Source: Octopus vulgaris (taxonomy: Eukaryota). Taken from it: 64,000 bases of DNA. A model generated the notes under the pieces. It was not told where the DNA came from. It searched no databases and saw only the letters and a program-made list of their open reading frames with translations. The translations under genes and the position numbers were made by a program. Where the stretch lies: the NCBI GenBank assembly GCA_951406725.2, contig OX597828.1, forward strand, positions 48,112,001 through 48,176,000, written 5' to 3'. Shown here one piece after another: positions 37,780 through 51,245 of this stretch (position 1 is the stretch's first letter; each line of letters starts with the position of its first letter).

Positions 37780-38561
37780 AGGTAAAAACCTCTCAGAAAA
37801 CATAATGAAATTGAATGGGAAATCATTTGTCAGGTCATTTTCACCCCAAGACGAGTGCAAGAAGAAAGAATTATTCTATCGAGTACAAGAAAGGAATCCC
37901 GGAGGAATCACTGGGCAAGAATCTTGCTGTTTTCTGCAAAGAAAAGAATTTGGATATCCAAATGGTCAAAAAATAGTGAGTAGACTACGTTAAACTCAGT
38001 CAACAAGTGGACAAGGGAAAATGCAAAGAAACGCAATTATGGATCAGGCAAGAGATCGTAACTTGGGTGACGAATTCATGGAACAAAATCACAGACAGCT
38101 ATGTTGCCAATGCACTACAAGCAGGCTATATGGACAAGAGCTTCTCATTCAATGAGACCTCTATTGCTCAACATGAGAGACTGGGGATGAAAGTTCTGCA
38201 GGAATTGGAGTCACATGAAAACTCTGCAGGAATTTTAGAATCCAGTGATTTGCAGAACAATGACATAATTGTTTCTGAATAAATTGTTGTTAATGAGTTT
38301 CTGTGCAAAAGAACACGTAAGTCATCAAGTAAATGTAGATTGTTTTCCATAGTTTCTGTTTAATAAATTTCTCGTAATAAATCGTCAAGTAGATCATTTT
38401 TCATAATTTCTGTATATTTAGTAATTTTGTAATTTTCTATTTCATAATGTTGTTTTTAGTACACGAGAAAAAAAATGAACTCCCCTGAAAATAAGCTCTA
38501 ATACGACATTTTGGAGTGGAAAATCAATATAAGCCTGGTCTTACTTTTGAGGAAAAAATGG
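37780..38561 (+). mobile_element. pogo/Tigger-like (DDE_1) transposon remnant with right TIR
   Basis: IRQEIVTWVTNSWNKITDSYVANALQAGY resembles the DDE_1/CENP-B-like C-terminal helix. The end reads ATAAGCCTGGTCTTACTTTTGAGGAAAAAATGG|TA (pogo-type TIR plus TA). Confidence 0.6.
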
Positions 38562-39602
38562 TATCTACAAATGAGAGTTAGAAATGTTAACAAAACTATA
38601 AGGACCAGTAGGAAGTGACCCTCATCCCCCACCCCCACAAGAAGCTAAAATGTGCTGGAAGCACTAGGAGAGTGTTGTTGGGAAACCATACGAAAATGGG
38701 ACATATGAGTGAAAGGTAGTCCTTTTGAGCCATCTTAGTGGGCAATAACTAATACTTGTCCAACCCATGCCAGTATAGAAAGCAGAAATCAAAGGATGAA
38801 AATGATAGAAGTGCAGATAAAATAAGTATTATGTTACAATCCACGAAGGCAGTGCGTATTTACGGCCTTTCTGTATCATACATGTAAAAGGTCTTCATTT
38901 TGAACCATATCAAAATCTGAAGAATCTTCATTCTTGGCTACCTTGTTACCATCTCTACAGCCGAAGGACCCTCATTCTCTCTTCTCGTGTTTCTCCATAA
39001 TCACAGTTTTACACCAAGGGCCCCCGTCTCCTCACATTTACAAGAGCACTATTTCTGCCACAGTCAACAGAGGGCCAGATGGTGAAAGCGCCATAAATGA
39101 AATACCTTTCGAGTTGGGTGTGTTGTATAGGGGGTGGGTGGGTGGAGAGTAAGTGGGAGAGTGGGGGATGATGTTTGAACAATTAATAGCAGTATGTCTG
39201 TGGTTCCATGTGCGTAAATCTGCATACATAGGTGAGTATAATCGTGCATGTTTGCATGTGTATACAGGGTGTGTGTGTGTGTGTGTGTGTACGTAGTCTC
39301 TGGTTGCAAAACAAAAGTGAAGAGGCGTAGAGGGGAACAATGGTTGATTTTAAAAATTAGAAATGGTACAGTGGTATTGGAAAGACATCCATATCCTCCT
39401 CATCAGTTAACAACAATAACTCCTGCTAACTCCCAGCATAACGGCTACAGACATGGCAGTAGGAGAGGAAGGGGAAGAAAGGAGCAAAGGGGGAGGAAAG
39501 AGGAGAGGAGAGAAAGGAGGGAGGAGAGCAAAGAGGGCAGGTGGGAAATACTGCTGGAGGATACAAGGAACAATGGAACAAGAGAGTGAATGTGTGTATG
39601 TG

Positions 39603-39719
<117 letters not shown>

Positions 39720-40494
39720 AACAACTAATAAAGACAAGTTCAAATACAATTTTAGAACAATTAGAAAAGGTAGTATTTTGAATGACTAAAGAATCTGCCT
39801 ATAAGTCTGTATCCAAAGCTGTTATCTGGATGCAGGTGAAGCCCATGATCAAAGGCATTCCAGCCATGACCATGCAATCTTTTTTTTTTTTTAAGGGATC
39901 CTTTAAGACAATAGAGCCTGGTTTCTGGGAGATTTAGGTTGGGCAACCGTGCAGAGGCCAACCTACTTCAGAAATTGGTGTTTGCGTTTTTCAGCTGCTG
40001 TTTAACCTTGGATAGCTCAGACCAAACAGATCTATTGTGAAGACATTACAGGCACGCCCAACCAGTCTATTTTGTTTTCCAGATACAGTGTATCTAAGGT
40101 CACATTATACAATGCATCTTGTTATTTTTTAAAGATTTTAAGATGTGATTCAAGGAAGACCAGATTGTTATTTCTAGCAGGTCAAGTGTTGTTGTTGCAA
40201 TGTTAATGGTAGTGAGGAAGTGGTGTAGGGTATTGTGGTGGGAAGGATATAGTGATGGTAGTGGTACTCTTTTATCTTACTTGTTTCAGTTATTACTTTG
40301 AGGCCATGCTGGGGCACTGCCTTGAGGAGTTTTTAGTTGAATGAATTGACCCCAATACTTATTTGTTTCTTTTGAAGTTTGACACATTCAGTCTCTTTTG
40401 CCGAACCGCTAAGTTACAGGGACTTACATTAACACCAGTTGTCAAGCAGTGGTGGAGGACAAAGACACAAGGATACACACACACACACACACAT

Positions 40495-40690
40495 TTTGGT
40501 CACATGGTACGGATGGACGACAAGTTGCATAAAAGAAGTGCCGATCACTTAAAGTGGAGGGAAGTTGTGGAAGTAGGAAACCCAGGAAGATATGGGACGA
40601 AATATTGAAGGCCAATCTCAAAATACTGAACCTTATTAAGGAGAAGACAGAGGACCAAGATATGTGGTGCATTGCTGTACTGAAAAAGAG
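40495..40690 (+). mobile_element. RTE-clade LINE 3' remnant
   Basis: FGHMVRMDDK... followed by a frameshifted GRGRPRKTW-like segment. Confidence 0.65.
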
Positions 40691-43419
40691 TAGCCAACCC
40701 CAACAGAAATGAGTTTCTAAAACCAAGGTGCCATGTAAAAAACACCCAGTACATTCTGTAGAGTGGTTAGTGTTAGGATGGGCATCCAGCTGTAGAAACC
40801 AAGCCAAAATAGACCATGAAACCTGTGTGACCCTTGGCTTTGCCAGTTTCTTTGCAAGCCCTCCAAACCCATGCCAACATGGAAAACAGAGGTTAAATGA
40901 TGATATGATGATGATGATATATATTGGGCTTGTTTCAGTTTCCATCTGCCAAATCCACTCACAAGGCTTTGATCAACTTAAGAGTATAGTAGAAAACACT
41001 TGCTCAATGTGCCATGCAGTTGGACTGAACCTGGAACCAAGTGGTTGAGAAGTAAACTTCTTACCACACAGCCACGTTTGCACTTCTGTTGCATGTTAGA
41101 GCTGTTTGTTAGCAGTGATAGTGCGCAGTTGGTGCTGATGATTGTTGTAGTGTTTGTTGTATGGGAGGGTGTTGTGTTGTGGTCATGTTGTGGTTTGATA
41201 GCTGATGGTATGTTATGGTGGTAGTGTTGTACGATGGTGGTAATGTTGCGTAGTACAGTTGGTATTGTGGTGGTGCGGTGCTAGTTGAATAGGACAAATG
41301 GAATGGAGGGGGGAAAGGACGGAAGGAATGGGAGGGGACAGAGGGAGTGGGAAAGGGATAGAGGGAGGGGGAGGGGAAAGAGGGAGGGTGAGTGAAGCAG
41401 GGGTGGGGTAAGGAGGAAATTACAATGATGTGGATGGTAAGCAGGCGAAAGCTACGAAACAAATGCGCAATGTATGTGCATGCCGTGTGTGTATGGAGGG
41501 GTGTTGGTCGGTAAAGAGAGGCTGTTGAGGCATGGAACGGTGTAGAAATAAAAAGATACAGGAGCAGGGTGAAAGCGATGGAGGTGGCGAGGGAGCTGGC
41601 AAGCCGGTTGACTACAGACAGAAATATGAGAGAAATAAAACAAACATTATTTCACACACACGAGCACGCACACTCAAATACAAACATTGCGTGTATGCAC
41701 ACACACACACACGCATGTGCAAGCATGCATACACTTACACTAACCGGAGTCCACCCTTCATCCACCCGACTCCATTTACGGCTTTTAGTTTTCTCAAATT
41801 TGCTTGTTAGTGTAAAGAGAGAGAGAGGGGGGGGTCTGCTGAAAAGAGAAACCCCCATCACCCATGCTATGCCCTCTCCCTGCCCCCAACGTTATCAATG
41901 GTCCCTTTTTACTCCCTCAGTCACGTGTGTTCCTATGCTACTCCAATATTACAGCAGCACATCTGACAACAGTGTTTGGACAACACTGTAAAGAAGCCTC
42001 TACAAGATGAATAAGCATGCTAGAAATAGCACCATAATTACCCACAAATAATACTAGTCTTAAAAAAAAAAAAAGAGAAAAAAAAAGCAAAGGACACATT
42101 GGTTAATGTATTCCTAGAGACATTATGCCAGATAAAAAAGAAAAAAAAGAAAAAGAGGGGAAGACCTGAACTTAAATAACAATCTATCTGGATTCTGAGT
42201 CTTCCTTTGCACATACGTACGGTGAAGGTGCATGACTTAAAAGTTAGGGTGTGCAGCTCATAGTCGTAAAGTCATGAGTTCGATTCCTGGTGGCACATCG
42301 TGTCCTTGAGCAAGACTTTATTTCATGTTGTTCCAGTTACCTCAGCTGGCAGTAATGAGTTTGTACCTGTAATTCAAAGAGCCAGCCTTGTCACATTCCG
42401 TGTCATGCTGGATCCGCTTGAGACCCACATTAAGGGTACACGTGTCTGTGAAGTGCTCAGCCACTTGCACGTTAATTTCATGAGCAAGCTGGCACCCTTG
42501 TTGTTGTTGCTGATGGAGTCCCAGCTTCTTATTTTTTTTGTCCATTCACATATACATCCAACCAACCAACCAACCAACCAACCAGCCAACCAACTGACCG
42601 ACCTACCCCCATTTCATGCATAATGACTCTTTCAGTCAGCCATCCATAAGCCAGTCCTCCAGATCCAAACTTCTTAACAACTACTTTTATTGAGGTCTGC
42701 TCAGCCACATAATCAAGCAGACCGGCAAACAAAGATATTCTAGTTAGGACCATCCCAACATTTTCCTACGTGCAGGACCCAGGACCACAGTATCTAATGT
42801 GTCCTCTCCTTCAAAGATGACACTGTGTGATTTGAAGGAGATTTAGCTGCTATTCTCGCAAGTTAAGCAACAACACAGAAGCTTCCTCATTGGCTTCTTT
42901 TATTGTGATGTGGTCCTTTCTTTTCCATATTCCCTGCACCCAACAAACTCTGAATCCTGTCTCTCTTTCTCTTACACTGACATTCCGGCTTTGACCGTTC
43001 TGTAATTTTTCCAGACATAGTGTTTACATTATCCTTCCTTTTCTTAACCTGTATGATGTGATTTGAGATAAGATTTGACTACAATTTTAGCATGACCTCA
43101 GAAACTCCTTATCAGGTTTTTGTTATGAAAAAGAGGACTAAAGATTAGCAAGGGTAGATGTAGGACCAGCTGATTAGGCACAAGAGAAAGTTGGCCCTCA
43201 TTATGAGGCTAACATGAGATATGTTACACAGGCCCATGAAATCTTTGTTTTGGAGGAGAAGGAGGAAAAGGAGAAAGCAGAGGAGGAAAAGAAGGTAGAG
43301 AAAGAGGAGGAGGTAGAAACATGCACTAGGAAACTTTTGGACTGATTATAATATTATAATTGCATTTTATCATAGCACACAAAGCCTCAAATTTGGTGGT
43401 GGTGATGGTGGTGGCAAAT

Positions 43420-43807
43420 ACTCTTTTACTCTTTTACTTGTTTCAGTCATTTGACTGCGGCCATGCTGGAGCACCGCCTTTAGTCGAGCAAATCGACTCC
43501 AGGACTTATTCTATCGGTCTCTTTTGCCGAACCACTAAGTGACGGGGACGTAAACACACCAGCATCGGTTGTCAAGCAATGCTAGGGGGACAAACACAGA
43601 CACACAAACATATACACACACACTTATATATATATACATATATACGACAGGCTTCTTTCAGTTTCCGCCTACCAAATCCACTCACAAGGCATTGGTTGGC
43701 CCGGGGCTATAGCAGAAGACACTTGCCCAAGATGCCATGCAGTGGGACTGAACCCGGAACCATGTGGTTGGTTAGCAAGCTACTTACCACACAGCCACTC
43801 CTGCGCC
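43420..43807 (-). mobile_element. family A SINE
   Basis: Near-identical to the other young copies; about 21-bp internal deletion between two ACTTATTCT repeats. Confidence 0.9.
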
Positions 43808-44043
43808 TATATAGTTTGTTATACTGATATCTCGTACTTCACTGGTCTCTCCAGGATTTGTAAATGATAACTAAATACGACTTTAATCATTATAAACAAG
43901 GAATACGGTTTGTAAACTTCAAGTTGAAATTAGATAAAGAGTTGAAAAAAATTAACAAACATTAATTAATTATCTACTGATTAGTTTAAATTAGAGTTCA
44001 GTTTCTTTTTCCGTTTTTTCCTGAAGGAATTTTAAGAGAACAT

Positions 44044-44412
44044 TAAAAGCACCATCCGTTCGTGGCCGTTTGCCAGCCTCGCCTGGTCCCCGTGCCGGTG
44101 GCACATAAAAGCACCATCCGTTCGTGGCCGTTTGCCAGCCTCGCCTGGTCCCCGTGCCGGTGGCACATAAAAGCACCATCCGTTCGTGGCCGTTTGCCAG
44201 CTCCGTCTGGCTCCTGTGCGGGTGGCACGTAAAAAGCACCCACTACACTCGCGGAGTGGTTGGCGTTAGGAAGGGCATCCAGCTGTAGACACACTGCCAG
44301 ATCAGACTGGGCCTGGTGCAGCCTTCTGGCTTCACAGACCCCAGTTGAACCGTCCAACCCATGCTAGCATGGAAAGCGGACGCTAAATGATGATGATGAT
44401 GATGATGATGAT
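44044..44412 (+). mobile_element. young RTE-associated SINE/LINE end with a 62-bp internal tandem repeat and (GAT)n tail
   Basis: TAAAAGCACC starts at 44044, 44106, 44168 and 44230, then GGCGTTAGGAAGGGCATCCAGCTGTAG...CCAACCCATGCTAGCATGGAAAGCGGACGCTAAA(TGA)n. Confidence 0.8.
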
Positions 44413-44765
44413 TTGCTAGCTGGCTAATACCATTTTCATTTGTAATATTGCTCCTAGAGGTTGAGGAACCAAACCACCAAATGTCATAACCTTTAAAAGA
44501 CCGATTGACCTATCCCTCAAGGATTCCTGGCTTTACAATCTTAACTGAAGTGTGCCGGTGCCGGTTAGAAACATACATTCTTAATCTCTGCCATTTTCTT
44601 GCATTTTTGAAAACCTAACAAGAGTTGTGTATGTTTTGAGAGTAATATTGTTATTTATTTAACCTCATTTTTGTATACCAGCTGGGCTAATCTAACAATT
44701 TATATTGCTATGTAGTGTGCTAATTGAAAAATTATTCACTATTAAAGAAGAAAGGGGGAGGACTG

Positions 44766-44814
<49 letters not shown>

Positions 44815-45887
44815 AGACAGAGAAAGAGAGAGAGAAGACAGAGAGAGAGAGAGAGAATTCCCTCCAAAATTTAAACCTTATCAAATAACGCAACTTTTGT
44901 TGATGCTATTCAAGAAAATATTTCAAACAGATGTTGTGGGTCACATTGAAGGTTTAAAAAAAAGAAATATTAAAAATGAGAGAGAGAGAGAGAGAGAGTG
45001 AGAAAAAATGAAAAATGGCAAAACAAGAAAATGGTAAAAAGAGGTGAACTACTCTGAAAGGGGAATATTTATATATATACTGAACAATGTTGGATATAGA
45101 CATATTCCTGAATCAAGCTTTGAAACGTTATAGAAGGATTTGGTAGGAATTTAAATATTTAATTTTAAATCCATGCAGCTATTTTGATGAAATGATTGAG
45201 AGCAATTCACATCTTCAAACCAACAAAGATGGGACATGTTAAAACGAAAAAAGAAACGAAAAAACACCATTTGTGAGAGATTAAAACAACAACAACAAAT
45301 AAGTAATATTTTAAGGTTTAGTGAAATGAGGCAAGGCAGCACCCATGGTCTTGTACTTTGTTCTTATTTTTATGGAGACTCCAAGACTAGTGTGAGAAAG
45401 AATGTTGATATTCTCATCAAAGAGACCATGTTCAAATTACTCAAGGTGTTGGCTTTGAGCTGGTGGGCAGGGCTGAACCTGGGGCAACATTTAATCTAAG
45501 TAAATGACTAGAAAGATCTTTTTTTTTATAAGGGGTGTTGTCATTTACTTGCAGTTGCAGTCATTTCAATAAGGGTAGAGGAGGAGGGGATGGAAAGAAA
45601 AGGGGTGCAGGAGGCAAAGACTGCGCAAAGGAAGAGATGCAGGGGAGAGGGTGTGAGAGGTCAACGGTATGAGAGAGAGAGAGGAGGGGGGATGAAGGAT
45701 ATGCAAGAAGGGTGTAGGGGACAAGCAGTTCGGAGGGGATGAGGGTTGGTGGGGACAAAGTATGTGCAAGGGAAGAGGGGTGTAGGGGTTAGGAAAGGAG
45801 AAAGAAGCATGTGAAGACGAGGATGAGGGTAATGAAAAATCTCTAAATATTGCAGAGGTTGAGAAAAATAAATTTATCCAATACATA

Positions 45888-46310
45888 GGCACAGGAGTGG
45901 CTGTGTGGTAAGTAGCTTGCTAACCAACCACATGGTTCCGGGTTCAGTCCCACTGCGTGGCATCTTGGGCAAGTGTCTTCTGCTATAGCCCCGGGCTGAC
46001 GAATGCCTTGTGAGTGGATTTGGTAGACGGAAACTGAAAGAAGCCTGTCGTATATATGTATATATATATATATATATATAAGTGTGTGTGTATATGTTTG
46101 TGTGTTTGTCTCCCTAGCATTGCTTGACAACCGATGCTGGTGTGTTTACGTCCCCGTCACTTAGCGGTTCGGCAAAAGAGACCGATATAATAAGTACTGG
46201 GCTTACAAAGAATAAGTCCCGGGGTCGATTTGCTCGACTAAAGGCGGTGCTCCAGCATGACCGCAGTCAAATGACTGAAACAAGTAAAAGAGTAAAAAGA
46301 GTAAAAGAGT
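45888..46310 (+). mobile_element. family A SINE
   Basis: Full length, with (GAGTAAAA)n tail. Confidence 0.92.
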
Positions 46311-47235
46311 ATACAAAATTTTATCAAATAAACTAAAATATTTAAGAACTGCTATTCCCTCGCCTCCAACAATTAAACTCTAAACAACACAAACAGTTAT
46401 GAATACCAATAACTGCACAGTTGTTGTTGATGGTATTTAGCCACAGGTCAGTCCTCAACAAAGCAAACAGACCTATGATTACACGTGTTCCAGCCAGGAC
46501 CATCTTGTCTCTTTACCAGTAGGATATATCTAAAGCTGTGTCCTTCCATTTTCAAGGTATCAATTGAGGGAGATTTGCCTTCTATATCTAGCAGGCTGAA
46601 CAATCACATAGAAGCATCTTCATTGATTCAAGAAGTTTCTTCTTTGGCCCACCAGAATCAATCTACTTCCTTGTGCATGAGAGAGAGAGAGAGGAGGAGG
46701 TGGTGGTGGTAGTAGTAGAGTTCACCAAGGATGACTGATCTGTGAAATTCAAATCTTGCACCAATCTGCCAACAGCCGAGAAACCCAACCTCAGTAATGG
46801 TAATTATTAATCCATTTTTGCAGGCATCACTTCTTTTAACACCTAAGTTACCAATGTTTCTACGAGAGGCTTCGTTAGGAACACTGGTAGGTTCTGAGTT
46901 CTACCAGCTGTTGAGATGCTTGTTCTAACAGATGATGTAACCATCTTTTGGTGTTCTCTGCTGTTCATATGCAACAGACAGAGGGGGCTGCTTACATCCA
47001 AAACTTGTTATATTACACACATTCGATGGCGTATGTATGATGTAAGATGTACATTTGTTTATACACATTATTTATTTTACTATAATGTACATCATTCAGG
47101 TCTTGATTACCATCATCATTAGTCACATAACCAACAAGAGAGCCTGTACATGATTGCTGTTGGATTGCTAGAAAGTCCATCCAAATAACACACACACACA
47201 CACACACATGTCTACACCTATATCATCATTTTAAT

Positions 47236-47433
47236 CTCTTTTACTTGTTTCAGTCATTTGACTGCGGCCATGCTGGAGCACCGCCTTTAGTCGAGCAAAT
47301 CGACCCCGGGACTTATTCTTTGTAAGCCCAGTACTTATTCTATCGGTCTCTTTTGCCGAACCGCTAAGTGACGGGGACGTAAACACACCAGCATCGGTTG
47401 TCAAGCAATGCTAGGGGGACAAACACACACAAA

Positions 47434-47467
<34 letters not shown>

Positions 47468-47632
47468 TATGACAGGCTTCTTTCAGTTTCCGTCTACCAA
47501 ATCCACTCACAAGGCATTGGTCGGCCCGGGGCTATAGCAGAAGACACTTGCCCAAGATGCCACGCAGTGGGACTGAACCCAGAACCATGTGGTTGGTTAG
47601 CAAGCTACTTACCACACAGCCACTCCTACGCC
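47236..47632 (-). mobile_element. family A SINE
   Basis: Full length; possible TAAT TSD; inserted into an older repeat. Confidence 0.92.
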
Positions 47633-48775
47633 TAATGTTTATTTTTCCATGCTTTCATGGGTCAGATGGAATTTGCTAATGCAGATTTATTGCAGCTGTA
47701 TAACTTTCCCTTCTTGTTTTTCCAATCATGGGAATATTTTGTCCGTGGGAACACTGGATACATGGGGCACTGTTTGCATGATAGTAAATCATTTATGACT
47801 ATTTTGTAATGTCAAGTAGTGACACAGATGCAGGTAATGTGCTTTTTTTCCTCTCCAGTTTCTGCCTACTAAATCCACACACAAGGCTTTGGTTAGCCTA
47901 AGGTCTAAGAGATTAGTCCAAAGTGCCATGGTGTTGGAATGAACCCAAAACATGACTTGAAAGCAAAATTATTAATCACACATTTATACATACATCACAG
48001 GGTCTCCTTAAGTCAGAGCTGACCATGGGTAGTACCTTTGCTGTTTTCAGCTCAGCTGGAACAGTGTCTTCAGTGGCTCAACAGATCTATACATGAGTTA
48101 CAGTGTCTGTTACATAGAGCACATGTGACAGAGACTGTATGTATGTATCTGACACAGATGCATATAAACATAAAATCACTCACCTCAATACTACTCCCTA
48201 CTTAGTTTCAGGGTCTTATGTTGCTAGTAATTTGGTGATCTCAATGACATCCCATAATAAACACTCAGTACGCTCTGTGGAAACCATGCCAAAGCAGATA
48301 ATATGGCTTGGTATGATCCTCTGGCTTGCCATCTCCCATCAAACCATCCCACCTATGCTAGTATGGAAAAGGGACAGCGAATAATGACGATGGTGATGAT
48401 GGTGGTGGTGGTGGTGGTGTGTGTGTTTGTTGTAACACAAAATATGCAAACACAAACAAGTGATTATTAATATTCTACCCAATTAAAGGCAATTGTCTGA
48501 AACAATTTTATGATCCAGTGAAATATTTTCCGCAATTTTGCAAACATGCATGCCATTAAGATTGCTCTTGTAATTGTTGTTGCCATAGTAGTTTAACTCC
48601 ACAGTTCAGCTCTAATGGTACAAATTTCTCCTCAAATATATTTTAGATGTGACTATCCTTTCTTCCTAGTTCAGTCATGCTGTATTTAGGACTATGTTGT
48701 CTAATGTGCCCTTCCTTTATGATAGAAGCATCTGACTTGGTTACTATTTCTAGCAGATTGAATATCTATATAGAA

Positions 48776-49001
48776 CAGTGGTACTCAGCTAGGGTCCATA
48801 TACGATTTTGTTCCTAAAATTTATGAGCAATAAATTAGTCCTGCTTCTACAATATGCAAAATATTAAAATTTTTTATACAATTCCTTATAATAATTATAA
48901 AAATACAGTAAGGTTTTTTAAACATCAAATGGTTATGAGTGTCCACCTGAGTAAAATAGGAATCAAAGGGATTCACAGGTGAAAAGGGGTTGAGAACCAC
49001 T
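48776..49001. mobile_element. hAT-like MITE
   Basis: TIRs CAGTGGTACTCAGC / GTTGAGAACCACT. Confidence 0.55.
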
Positions 49002-49532
49002 AATATAAAGGTTTGACGATATCAAGATGTTATTGGATGGTAGAATTATTCATTCATAGAATAAAATGTCTTGCAGCTCTTTACTTTCTTAGTTTAAATC
49101 TGACCAAAGTCACCTTTGCCATTCCACCCCCTGAGGTTAGTAAATACAGTACCAGTCAAATACTGGGGTTAATACAATTGACTATACAAGCAATTCTTCC
49201 TCAAAATGTGGTTCTGTGCCAATATTGGTTTCAAATTTTGGCATAAGGCCAACAATTTCGGGGGATGGGGTAAGTCAATTACATTAATTCCAGTGCTTAA
49301 CTGGTATTTATTTTACTGACCCTGAAAAGATGAAAGCTAAAACTGACCTCGGCGGAAATTGAACTCAGAGCATAAAGATGGATGAAATGCCACAAGGCAT
49401 TTTGCCTGGCTTGGTAACAATTCTGCGATCTTACTGCCTTAGCTTTGTACCAATATTGAAAATCAATATTTAATTGACCACACTTCCTGGTCTTATGCCA
49501 AAATCAGAAACCACTATTACTACATTTATTAA

Positions 49533-49708
49533 CAATTCAGCATTTAAACTGGCTGTATCTGGCCTTTCACACTTATCCTACAACATTACTCTCAAAATAA
49601 ACAATCACATCATTGAAATATCAAAGCTACAAGATAATGTATGGCTAATTTTTATCAATGTGAATACATAAGCATCACATCTGGCAGAGAAATCCGAATG
49701 CTAAAGGG
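49533..49708. mobile_element. piggyBac-like MITE with internal deletion
   Basis: TTAA flanks; right end GAATGCTAAAGGG|TTAA. Confidence 0.75.
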
Positions 49709-50049
49709 TTAAACACTTTCACATTGGTGAAGACTGGGTTACTAAATTTGCCTACCTTGGAAACTGTATATCGTTTTAAATGGTTAAGGTCTCAACAGAG
49801 GTGGGAAAGAGCGGTACAAACAAAGTGTGCTTCAATCAATGTAATAAATATTGTAAGTGAGGACTAGAAAACCAATTTTTAGCTATTACATACGATTGTG
49901 CAATCCAACATTTATTTCCTACACAGAGCCAAAGTGAGTGCCAACTGGTTTCAGGCTTCCACCTTAGCACCCAGGTATTCTATCAAATTCTTGCATCATC
50001 TTGATCCACCTCCACACATTCTTTTAGAGAGAGGACTAGAGGAGTAGAA

Positions 50050-50505
50050 AATGGGGAAGGGAAAGAGAGGAGAGAGAAGACAGGAAGGAGGGAGAGAGGA
50101 CAGAAGGAGAGAGAAGATAGAGGAAGAGAGAGAGAGAAGACAGAGAAAGAGAGAGAGAAGACAGAGGAAGAGAGAGAGAAGACAGAGGGGGAGAGAGAAG
50201 GCAGAGGAAGAGAGAGAGAAGGCAGAGGAAGAGAGAGAGAAGACAGAGGAAGAGAGAGAGAAGACAGAGGAAGAGAGAGAGAAAAGACAGAGGAAGAGAG
50301 AGAGAAGGAAGAGAAAGAGAAGACAGAGGAAGAGATAGAGAGAAGACAGAGGAAGAGAGAGAGAGAAGACAGAGAGGGAGAGAGAGAAGAGAGGGAGAGA
50401 GAGAAGAGAGAGAGAGAAGAGAGGGAGAGAGAGAAGAGAGAGAGAAGAGAGAGAGAAGAGAGAGAAGGAGAGAGAGAGAGAAGACAGAAGGGGAGAGAGA
50501 AAGAG
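50050..50505. repeat. polypurine minisatellite (units like GAAGACAGAGGAAGAGAGAGA)
   Basis: About 450 bp, almost entirely purines on the + strand. Confidence 0.95.
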
Positions 50506-50849
50506 GTGGTAAAGTGGCAGGGGAAAATAGTATTTCACTCAGAGAATTAACATGGAATGTAAGTCCAATATAATTGGACTGTGGTTGGTTGTTGTTGCTT
50601 AGCCCCAACCCAACAACGACCATCCCATCTTTTTTTTATTCTAATACTAAAGTGCTCAATGAATCACCTTCCTTCCTTCATTTATTTATTTATTTATCTT
50701 CAGATAGAGGCAAGGAGAGATATGATCAAGCAGTTGGGTAGCAAATGTGATGAAGATTTTATATAGGGCTCTGGTTATATAGGACTCTACATTTTGTGGA
50801 ACTGTTGTTGCTGCTATTTCTGCTGCTGGCCATTCCTGCCATGGTAAAA

Positions 50850-51245
50850 GGTAATGAGCTGGCAGAAACGTTAGCAGGCTGGGAAAAATGCTTTGCGGTA
50901 TTTCGTCTGCCGCTGCGTTCTGAGTTCAAATTCCGCCGAGGTCGACTTTGCCTTTCATCCTTTCGGGGTTGATAAATTAAGTACCAGTTACGCTCTGGGG
51001 TCGATGTAATCGACTTAATCCGTTTGTCTGTCCATGTTTGTCCTCTCTGTGTTTAGCCCCTTGTGGGTAGTAAAGAAATAGGTATTTCATCAGTCTTTAC
51101 ATTCTGAGTTCAAATTCTGCCATGGTCAACTTTGCCTTTCATTCTTTTGGGGATCAATAAATTAAGTACCAGTTGCGTACTGGAGTCGATCTAATTGACT
51201 GTCCCCCTCCCCCCAAATTCCGGGCCTTGTGCCTAGAGTAGAAAA
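50850..51245 (+). mobile_element. Meta-domain SINE dimer
   Basis: Young unit followed directly by a second 5'-truncated unit starting GGTATTTCATC. Confidence 0.85.

Noticed and set aside
44044-44240. Regularly spaced repeats resembling a CRISPR array
   Set aside because: Whole units are repeated with no unique spacers; eukaryotic context; no cas genes.
49996-50623. Long L/S-rich and E/R-rich ORFs, also at 39407-39789 and 62144-62713
   Set aside because: Stop-free frames through (GA)n/(CT)n repeats.
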